IMG/VR virus record: IMGVR_UViG_3300022725_000123
Span: 1 to 55,219 of that record
DNA from: a virus
Lineage: Duplodnaviria > Caudoviricetes
Direction: 5' to 3' (one strand)
Length of the DNA stretch: 55,219 nt
The position numbers were made by a program, and so were the translations under genes. The first letter of the stretch is position 1. Each line of letters begins with the position of its first letter. Under the pieces are notes generated by a model that was not told the origin of the DNA, ran no database searches, and was given only the letters and a program-made list of their open reading frames with translations. Positions 39,834-46,653 of this stretch are shown here, one piece after another.

Positions 39834-39906
39834 AGCTTCCTACCAGAATCGAACTGATTATCTTCTGGGTACAAACCAGTTGCATCGCCAGCAATGCTTA
39901 GGAAGC
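39834..39906 (-). tRNA. trnT: tRNA-Thr(TGT), non-canonical A8/U14
   Basis: Acceptor GCTTCCT/AGGAAGC, D-stem GCAT/ATGC, anticodon loop TT-TGT-AC, T-arm ATCAG-TTCGATT-CTGGT; 73 nt, no encoded CCA. Confidence 0.85.
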
Positions 39907-39911
39907 TTTCC

Positions 39912-40253
39912 TTATTTAATTAATTTGTAAAAATCTTCTTTTCTCATTGAAACAAATTCTCCTTCTGTTACAAATCTTGTTTTAGCTTTTTTAACTTTTT
40001 TATGAAATACTACAATGGGTTTATCTTGAAATCTTTCTGGTCTATCATTATTAATAAGTTCATTTAATTTAGGATAATCTTTCTTAACCTTACATTGAAT
40101 ATAATAAGGAAAGTCACCTAAAATATCTATACCTGCATTATCAGCATTTCTAGATTCACTTCGTGCTGTTACTACATCATAACCTAGTTCTTTAAGTTCA
40201 TTAACAATAGAGCGTTCATAATTATTACCAGCTGTTCTATTTCTATTTGCCAT
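39912..40253 (-). CDS. PD-(D/E)xK nuclease / Holliday junction resolvase
   Basis: NRTAGNNYER...GIDI...IQCK...PIVVFHK. Confidence 0.8.
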   Translation of the reverse strand: MANRNRTAGNNYERSIVNELKELGYDVVTARSESRNADNAGIDILGDFPYYIQCKVKKDYPKLNELINNDRPERFQDKPIVVFHKKVKKAKTRFVTEGEFVSMRKEDFYKLIK

Positions 40254-40728
40254 CTTTTATTCTAGAAAATTCAAAACCAAGTTGAAATTTAACTTCACAT
40301 AAATAATTATATGACTTGTTTATAGCATTCCAATAATTATAATTAAAGTGTTCTTCATTAGTAGCATTTAAAGTTCTACCATGCCTTCTATTTAAACTTT
40401 CAATTAATTTTTGAATTTCTTGTCTCAACCAATCTACTTTTTCAATATGATTCCAATTTGCATATTTAGTATCATCAAACTTACTAAATTTTAAAATATC
40501 ATTATCTACATCTTGAGTAGGTACAATATCTTCTTTAGTTTTATATCCTGATTTATAAGGGTTCTCTGTACCTAATTCAGAAAGAACTTTACCGAGCCAA
40601 GCTTTTGAAAGATATAGACTATCTACAGCTTTTTCTATTTCTTTATATTTATATAAAGGTTTTAATCCTTTTGTGAGTTGAGCTAAACCATCTATAGAAA
40701 CTCTCAATTCTTTTATTTTACTAATCAT
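40243..40728 (-). CDS. tandem helical-hairpin protein, possible Acb2/Tad1-like
   Basis: Two internal repeats of the form LR..I...(helix)..L.....[WQ]LG; see findings. Confidence 0.4.
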   Translation of the reverse strand: MISKIKELRVSIDGLAQLTKGLKPLYKYKEIEKAVDSLYLSKAWLGKVLSELGTENPYKSGYKTKEDIVPTQDVDNDILKFSKFDDTKYANWNHIEKVDWLRQEIQKLIESLNRRHGRTLNATNEEHFNYNYWNAINKSYNYLCEVKFQLGFEFSRIKDGK

Positions 40729-41033
40729 AAATTGTATTTATTTAATATTTTATTAGTACTTTCATTTATAGTTTCTTGTAATTCTTTATTTAATTTTCTA
40801 GAATATTTATTAATTAAATATTGAATATCTTCTTCATCTAATTCTAAAAGTTCGGTATATCGTGGTCCACCAAAATGTATTGTTGCTGGACAATATGCAG
40901 AGTAACATAAGTGAAAGTTAATTCTATTCACATAATCACTTATCATTTCATGGGAGTTGAGAGGTTTTCTGTTTTTAATAATTTCTTGATTTTTATTCCT
41001 CTCTTTGTATTTTTTAATAAAATCTATAATCAT
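40725..41033 (-). CDS. hypothetical protein
   Basis: ORF track; coupled. Confidence 0.5.
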   Translation of the reverse strand: MIIDFIKKYKERNKNQEIIKNRKPLNSHEMISDYVNRINFHLCYSAYCPATIHFGGPRYTELLELDEEDIQYLINKYSRKLNKELQETINESTNKILNKYNL

Positions 41034-41073
41034 TACTCATATTTTTTCTAAGTATTTAACAGGTTTAACTTTT

Positions 41074-41268
41074 TCATTCATACGTTTTAGTCTTTAATTC
41101 ATTATCGAACTCTTCTACCGTTCCTAAATACATTCTGGTATCTTGAGCCATTAATTCAAATGCTGTTTTAAATTCTTCTGATGTACCATTTAACAAATCA
41201 ATTGTTATACGTGGAGTTCCATCAGCCATTGTATTCACTTTTACTACTTGTACTTCTGTTGCTATCAT
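41074..41268 (-). CDS. hypothetical protein
   Basis: TMADGTPRITIDL motif; ORF track. Confidence 0.5.
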   Translation of the reverse strand: MIATEVQVVKVNTMADGTPRITIDLLNGTSEEFKTAFELMAQDTRMYLGTVEEFDNELKTKTYE

Positions 41269-41340
41269 TATATTCTTTTGTTTTACGTTTTTCTGTTATA
41301 AATAAGCTAATTATATATCCTAATATTAATAAGTAATATG

Positions 41341-41985
41341 CTAACATTCTAAATAATTAATAATATCTGTTAGAGCGTCATTTCTATGATTAGACGTAAG
41401 TGTGATGTATCCACAAAGATTTGTGTTTTCTAATTTTATAGTCTTATAAATACATGAGTTCTTACCTATTTTATCATCAATTTGTTCTTTAGAACCACAA
41501 AATATAATTTTAGAATCTTCTCCTAACCTTGTAAGAATAGTTCTAAAATCTTTATAATCCATATCTTGATATTCGTCGACAATTACTACCGAATCCATAA
41601 ATGTAACACCTTTTGCAACTTCAATCGGCATTATTCTAATTTCATCTTTTTGAAGCATTGCTTCTGTAGTATTCTTAGCTTGACACACATTTAAATTTTG
41701 TATAATCGGAAATACATAGGGTTGCATTTTTTCTTCTAGTGTACCCGGAAGTGCAGCAAGATTATTTTTAATCATTGGTCTTGTAATCCAAATTTTATTA
41801 AATAGTCTTTTTCTGAAAGACATGAGTGCTACATAACAAGCTGCAAGTGATTTACCTGATCCAAAATCCCCATGAATAAAAGTTACATCATAATTATGAA
41901 ATAATGTATGAAACTCTTTTTGCTCTTCATTAAGTTGAATATTAAGTCTTGGATTATTTGGTACTCTTTTAGTTTTATTTGACAT
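41341..41985 (-). CDS. phoH: PhoH-family ATPase
   Basis: Walker A GDFGSGKS, ITRP, LPGTLEEK, KGVTF, VDEYQD, LTRLG and NHR motifs. Confidence 0.9.
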   Translation of the reverse strand: MSNKTKRVPNNPRLNIQLNEEQKEFHTLFHNYDVTFIHGDFGSGKSLAACYVALMSFRKRLFNKIWITRPMIKNNLAALPGTLEEKMQPYVFPIIQNLNVCQAKNTTEAMLQKDEIRIMPIEVAKGVTFMDSVVIVDEYQDMDYKDFRTILTRLGEDSKIIFCGSKEQIDDKIGKNSCIYKTIKLENTNLCGYITLTSNHRNDALTDIINYLEC

Positions 41986-42370
41986 TCAATTGTTCTAATA
42001 ATTTTCTAAGTTCTGATTTGTTTTTTATAATTCCTCTAAATTCTGTATCGTCGTATAAATAAGGTTGTGATATAGAATATTTATTATTTCCTAAATCTAC
42101 TAACATATATGTATTAAAGAAAAATTGATAAGGTAACTTACCTTGTTTAAACCCTAAACTTTCTATTTCTTTTTGATCTAAGTATTTAACTTTTAGTTGA
42201 GCAATACTATCATGTATATAATAATCTAAAAATTCTCTTAGTTCTCTTGGAGTTTCTATAGTAATTTTAGCCCAACTACTATCTTCATCAGGTAATCTTT
42301 CATCTTGTAGAGATTCATATTCAAACCCTACATAAAACTCTGAAATATCAGGTGTATAATATTTATTCAT
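41975..42370 (-). CDS. hypothetical protein
   Basis: KYYTPDISEFYVGFEYE...KYLD..IESLGF...IKNKSEL, a pattern recurrent in Bacteroidota phages. Confidence 0.6.
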   Translation of the reverse strand: MNKYYTPDISEFYVGFEYESLQDERLPDEDSSWAKITIETPRELREFLDYYIHDSIAQLKVKYLDQKEIESLGFKQGKLPYQFFFNTYMLVDLGNNKYSISQPYLYDDTEFRGIIKNKSELRKLLEQLNVK

Positions 42371-42557
42371 CTAATTTCAAATATTTATAACTTACAACAT
42401 ACATATCGTCTTCACTCTCGATATCTATCTTAATAAATCTATCTTTAACATCGTGTAATTCTTTATATTCAATAAATGACTTTTGTCTCCTAACTAAAGC
42501 TTCAAAAGCTTTTAATAAATCACTTGTTTGTATTTTTCCTTGTGCGAGAATTTGCAT
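42363..42557 (-). CDS. hypothetical protein
   Basis: ORF track; coupled. Confidence 0.45.
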   Translation of the reverse strand: MQILAQGKIQTSDLLKAFEALVRRQKSFIEYKELHDVKDRFIKIDIESEDDMYVVSYKYLKLDE

Positions 42558-42711
42558 TTAACCAGTTTTCAATTGTTTCTAAATAAGTATAATTAACGGC
42601 ACCACAATCCGCACATAAAGGAACAGACATATATTCCTTAATAGCTAACGAATTACAATTTTTACAAACTTCAACTGGTTGTGAATTGTAGTAATCTTTT
42701 GATTTGTTCAT
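42520..42711 (-). CDS. Zn-finger protein
   Basis: YN..PV..CKNCNSLAI...CADCG. Confidence 0.65.
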   Translation of the reverse strand: MNKSKDYYNSQPVEVCKNCNSLAIKEYMSVPLCADCGAVNYTYLETIENWLNANSRTRKNTNK

Positions 42712-42937
42712 TTTTACTAAGCTTATTTATTTTTTGTAAATCATCTGTTGGGTAACTAGTTTTAATCAATTCACACATTGCGTTAAATTTTAAAACCCCT
42801 TCAATAAGTTCCTTATTACTTTTAAAGTTTATTCGCTTTTCAAAAGGAATAATTTTAGATTCTTTATCAAAGTAAATATTTGTTTTTAACTCTAATAAAT
42901 CTTTTACTTGATAATCTACAACTGGATATATATTCAT
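42671..42937 (-). CDS. hypothetical protein
   Basis: ORF track. Confidence 0.45.
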   Translation of the reverse strand: MNIYPVVDYQVKDLLELKTNIYFDKESKIIPFEKRINFKSNKELIEGVLKFNAMCELIKTSYPTDDLQKINKLSKNEQIKRLLQFTTS

Positions 42938-43179
42938 TTTATTTTTAAATTTGTAACAGTATTATCACTTTTAAAAACAGCAACTGTACTATCTGTAAGT
43001 CTAACTGTATCAGGTAATCTATTTTTTAATTCTTGATACCTTTGATAAGCAATAACACTATCTAAGTAAACTTCTTTGTTTTCACAATCATATACAGGAA
43101 TTTCATAATAACTGTTATTGTGTTCTGTTGGTGCATATCCTATTGAAACTACACACCATGTAATAATCCATGTTTTCAT
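42934..43179 (-). CDS. hypothetical protein (first gene of leftward block)
   Basis: Likely start MKTWIITWC; ORF track. Confidence 0.4.
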   Translation of the reverse strand: MKTWIITWCVVSIGYAPTEHNNSYYEIPVYDCENKEVYLDSVIAYQRYQELKNRLPDTVRLTDSTVAVFKSDNTVTNLKIK

Positions 43180-43358
43180 TTTTATAAGAAAACGCAATCA
43201 CATAATTAAAGTTTATAAAGAAAAAAATTTTTTATATAAATTGAAATTTTTTTATATATTACGGAGGTTTTTGTATAATAAACAACTCCCCCCACCGTTA
43301 TCAAAATTTGGGCGCATAGGGTATGTGCCTTTAATCTAACATTAAAACCCTAATTGCT

Positions 43359-43592
43359 ATGGACATTAGAACATTCATGAAGAAAAAAAACTTCAGTAGT
43401 GTGCAACTGATAAAAAACCCGCACACAGGAAAACGTTTTGCGTCATTTGATGACGGCGTAATGAAAATGCGCGTATCATCAAAACTTGAAAAGCTCGGAG
43501 AAAGCTACGTATCGTGGTTTGAAGATACGCAGGACTTTTGTGTTTGCTCAACACAAAATCAGGAAAACGTTTTGCAAACATTGACAATGTAA
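43359..43592 (+). CDS. first early gene, hypothetical
   Basis: KNPHTGKRFA motif; A-rich leader; followed by a strong terminator. Confidence 0.65.
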   Translation: MDIRTFMKKKNFSSVQLIKNPHTGKRFASFDDGVMKMRVSSKLEKLGESYVSWFEDTQDFCVCSTQNQENVLQTLTM

Positions 43593-43595
43593 CAT

Positions 43596-43620
43596 GAGAG
43601 CCCTTCGGGGCTTTCTTTTT
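43596..43620 (+). terminator. intrinsic terminator
   Basis: GAGAGCCC-TTCG-GGGCTTTC-TTTTT (cUUCGg tetraloop). Confidence 0.85.
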
Positions 43621-43622
43621 AG

Positions 43623-43667
43623 TGTGTGGAATTAAGTACATGAATGTGTGGGAATTGAGTACATGAA
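43623..43667. repeat. tandem 22/23-bp direct repeat
   Basis: TGTGTGGAATTAAGTACATGAA followed by TGTGTGGGAATTGAGTACATGAA. Confidence 0.8.
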
Positions 43668-43709
43668 TACCTACAACCACATCGAACATAATTTTTAAAT
43701 CTAACTATT

Positions 43710-43925
43710 ATGGAAAATGATAATATATCTTTTTCAAAAAAAGAAGTACAAGAAATGATGATGAAAGCTTATATTAAAGGCGAAAATCGAGGACTTACTT
43801 ATGCCGGATGGTTTTTTTTATCTGAAGAAGATAAAGCTGATAGAGCAGCTGAAGATTGTGAAGAAATATATAGAAATGTTTCTTTGAATAAAGAATCCCA
43901 CTCACCCACCAAAGGTACGAAATAA
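43710..43925 (+). CDS. hypothetical early protein
   Basis: ORF track; A-rich leader. Confidence 0.55.
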   Translation: MENDNISFSKKEVQEMMMKAYIKGENRGLTYAGWFFLSEEDKADRAAEDCEEIYRNVSLNKESHSPTKGTK

Positions 43926-43947
43926 ATTTAATAAATCCAAGGATTTA

Positions 43948-44040
43948 ATGTTAAGCTTATGTTAAGTTTATGTTAACTGTATGTTAAGTAAATGGTGCAT
44001 AAATGACTCTAATGTTAACTCAATGTTAAGAGAATGTTAG
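43948..44040. repeat. phased 11-bp ATGTTAA repeats (iteron-like)
   Basis: ATG(TTAA) starts at 43948, 43959, 43970, 43981, 43992*, 44003*, 44012, 44023 and 44034 (* degenerate). Confidence 0.8.
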
Positions 44041-44081
44041 CTTTCTTGTATTTTAATCTTTTATTAACTTAAAATAGCATT

Positions 44082-44380
44082 ATGAAAACAGTATACGTTG
44101 CCGATAAAAATCTTATGGTGCTGAATTCTATGGTGTTTTTCCATCTCTTGATGAACTTAAAAGAGCTATTGTAACTCATGAGTTTCTTTTTGAAGAAGAG
44201 CCTCCTGAGTACTCTGAAGAACTGTTTGAACAGTGTAAAACTGATGGACAATATACTTTATTTAAAGTGCAACTTCATGAAGATGAGCAAGTTGTGTTCA
44301 GTGAATACGATGGAAAGTCTTGGTTTGATATAGAAAAGATCGAGAAAAACATCTTATCAAAGACAACTGAAATTTATTAA
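44082..44380 (+). pseudogene. about 99-aa acidic gene split by a 1-nt frameshift at an A5 run
   Basis: MKTVYVADK (ATG 44082) continues in the -1 frame as KSYGAEFYGVFPSLDELKRA...KTTEIY*. That frame has a TAA at 44105 and no start of its own. Confidence 0.65.
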
Positions 44381-44404
44381 CAATTAAAAAAAACATAACT
44401 AATT

Positions 44405-44485
44405 ATGGAAGAATACATATTGTCTCTTTTAGAGAGAGACGAAACCATTCTTGTAGATGAAGAGGAAATCTACATGTTTTTGTAA
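44405..44485 (+). CDS. 26-aa acidic peptide
   Basis: MEEYILSLLERDETILVDEEEIYMFL with the same A-rich ...TAATTATG leader as neighbouring genes. Confidence 0.45.
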   Translation: MEEYILSLLERDETILVDEEEIYMFL

Positions 44486-44487
44486 CC

Positions 44488-45254
44488 GCTTATAGAAAGC
44501 GTCCTAAGTGCTTATTATAACTTGTACAGGTTATATAACTACATAAGTAAAAGAACTTAAAAGAGTGTTAGTGTAGTTAATAACACAAACTTGTTTAATA
44601 CCTTGAGAAAGTATTAAATGTATCTGGAAGTTATCCTACTTAGGGATTTTAAGGATTTCTTACTTGTATGTAACTATCTCTTTTATGGGCGAGGTTATCG
44701 TAAGTGCGACATGTGTACGCATAACGTTAATTGTGGTTCAAGTCCACAGTAGTTACTACAAGTTTTAATACTAACAAGGAGTGTTGCATCCCTTTATTTA
44801 TTTAAATAAAAGTTGAAACCTCTTGTAATAATCTCACTTGATATAGAATACCGACATTGATGGTGAGAAAAGGTATTTGTATTATTACAAGTTTCATAAG
44901 AGAAAATCTTATGAGTAGAATGTAGTTAGGAAGTGTATGTGGAGGAACAGTCTCTCAGCTTCAAACCTACATTCTTTAAAAGATTATTGTTTAACATTAA
45001 TAAACAGTTTCTTGTAACGTTGGAGTAAAATACCAGAGAGTGTATTACCTCTTGGTTTGGTTGAAAATCCATCATACAACCTTACAAGTTAACAAAACAG
45101 TTTCTTGTAATATATATGGAATCACAGAGAGTTGTAAGGTTAGCAATTAAATCCTTATGAACCAGATTGTGATGGTTGCCTTTGCGTGGAAATATATGTA
45201 GCTACTATTACAAGTTGTAGTATGAAAACATACTATGTAAAACTGTTTTTTTTT
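44488..45254 (+). ncRNA. putative structured ncRNA / array of CTTGTA...TACAAGTT cassettes
   Basis: No ORF; tiled by stems; four bracketed units (44662-44763, 44822-44891, 45011-45088, 45104-45214); ends in a T-run. Confidence 0.6.
44670..44757 (+). ncRNA. tRNA-like domain
   Basis: GTAACTAT/GTAGTTAC acceptor-like stem stacked on a TGTGG-TTCAAGT-CCACA T-arm; the middle arms are non-canonical. Confidence 0.55.
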
Positions 45255-45274
45255 ATTACTTAAAACTAAGTAAA

Positions 45275-45430
45275 ATGAAACAAATTTATGTTCTGGTTCA
45301 ATGGCCAGAATCGCAAAATTACATGGAAGAAAATTGGTTTTATGAAGAAGCTATTCTTTATCAAGCTAATAAATATCAAGAACACTTAGACAGTGCGTAT
45401 TTTATACCACTAAAAAGAAGAATAATTTAA
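45275..45430 (+). CDS. 51-aa hypothetical protein (not in ORF track)
   Basis: MKQIYVLVQWPESQNYMEENWF...SAYFIP, a pattern seen in Bacteroidota phage small proteins; A-rich leader. Confidence 0.65.
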   Translation: MKQIYVLVQWPESQNYMEENWFYEEAILYQANKYQEHLDSAYFIPLKRRII

Positions 45431-45440
45431 ATAACTAATT

Positions 45441-45722
45441 ATGAAAAAAATATTAACACTCCTATTGTGCTTAACAGTATCAATAGGTTTTAGTCAAGTA
45501 AAAAACACCTATCAATTAGAGATAGTAAGTTTGGAGTATGACATTCCAAACACAACAATTGATTTTCAAGTAATTGAAGTTGTTGATATCTATGGTAACG
45601 GAGAATACGTTGAAATAGAATCATTTGACAACTTTCAAATAATGGATATCTATAATGAAGATGGTATTATAGAAGAAACTTATTATTTAGATCTTGTTGA
45701 CGTTTGGGATATTAATTATTAA
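45441..45722 (+). CDS. very acidic secreted protein
   Basis: Signal peptide MKKILTLLLCLTVSIGFS|Q; D/E-rich mature part. Confidence 0.6.
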   Translation: MKKILTLLLCLTVSIGFSQVKNTYQLEIVSLEYDIPNTTIDFQVIEVVDIYGNGEYVEIESFDNFQIMDIYNEDGIIEETYYLDLVDVWDINY

Positions 45723-45726
45723 AGTA

Positions 45727-46067
45727 GAACGTTAAACCTTGAAACGTTGTGGTTATGCTACGCCTATGTTAGCCTTATATAATCACTAAAGAAAGATAGA
45801 ATATAAATTGTAGTAATATTTGTTGTCAGTGCAAGCCTGAATGTGGTAGCAGACAGAGATGTTGTTTTCAAACAGTAAATTTATGACCAGATATAGACGT
45901 GAAAGTGTATTGGATATTTACTACATATTAAATTTATCAAGTGTACCAACTGTATTGTAATATGTTGAAGGAAGGAAGTGTTATTATACGATTTAATGTG
46001 CTGATATTCGTATAAATATAGCAATAAAAATATGTAGCACAGCATATATCAATTTACTTACACTTAG
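45727..46067 (+). ncRNA. putative structured ncRNA (two multi-stem domains)
   Basis: Stems TGTAGTAA/TTACTACA, AAGTGTA/TACACTT and TTATACGA/TCGTATAA; T-loop-like TCAG-TGCAAGC-CTGA. Confidence 0.45.
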
Positions 46068-46077
46068 GAGTTTACAA

Positions 46078-46262
46078 CAAGAGATAATGTGAAGACTTGG
46101 AGGATTTTGGCCCTCGATTTTAGAGCTTACATATGTATATGCCAATATATTATCTCGTGACCATTTATAATAGTGAATAACATTTGGTAGTTGTTTAATG
46201 AGTTGTTACCAACTAACAGCTATTATAAATGGTTTTTTAATAACAAAATAAAAAGAAATGTT
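46078..46262 (+). repeat. structured leader copy 1
   Basis: CAAGAGATAAT...ATTATCTCGTG stem, shared tail GACCATTTATAATAGTGAA, and a shared pre-ATG sequence. Confidence 0.7.
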
Positions 46263-46457
46263 ATGGAAAGTTTGGTAAATTTAGCAATGCATCATATGTC
46301 TGAACAGAAAGCTATAAATAAAGCTCTTAAACAAAAAGCTTTATCTGAATATGAAGCTGCTTTAAAGATGCCTCGGAAGAAAAAGAAAAAAGCTAAAAAT
46401 TCTGCTATGATATTGTATAGTATAGCTTGTTGGGGAGAAGATTTATTAGAATATTAA
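46263..46457 (+). CDS. basic hypothetical protein
   Basis: Likely start MESLVNL at 46263; contains MPRKKKKKAK. Confidence 0.55.
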   Translation: MESLVNLAMHHMSEQKAINKALKQKALSEYEAALKMPRKKKKKAKNSAMILYSIACWGEDLLEY

Positions 46458-46461
46458 TTAC

Positions 46462-46653
46462 GTCAAGAGATAATAAACATCGACTATTAATAGTAGTAAC
46501 GTGAGAGTATATGTTGCAAGCTTAAATCTGTATTATCTCTTGACTATTTACAATAGTGAAAACTCTTCGGTACTTCAGTAAGTTGATAATGTTGAGATCA
46601 ATAGTATAAATGAAGCTGTTGTGATGATGCTAATAACAAAACAAAAGAAAGTT
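46462..46653 (+). repeat. structured leader copy 2
   Basis: Perfect 14-bp inverted repeat GTCAAGAGATAATA/TATTATCTCTTGAC; tail GACTATTTACAATAGTGAA. Confidence 0.7.

Noticed and set aside
1-43200. Stop-codon reassignment (TAG/TGA), known in some crAss-like phages
   Set aside because: Long genes are intact and densely packed in the standard code, TAG and TGA both serve as real stops, and no suppressor tRNA was seen.
43393-44251. Minus-strand ORFs 43393-43689 and 44069-44251
   Set aside because: They are antisense to plus-strand early genes that have better leaders and a terminator.
45019-45080. Mimic of a type VI-B (GTTG...CAAC) CRISPR repeat within cassette 3
   Set aside because: Only the 4-bp ends match and the length is atypical, so the resemblance is too weak to claim.
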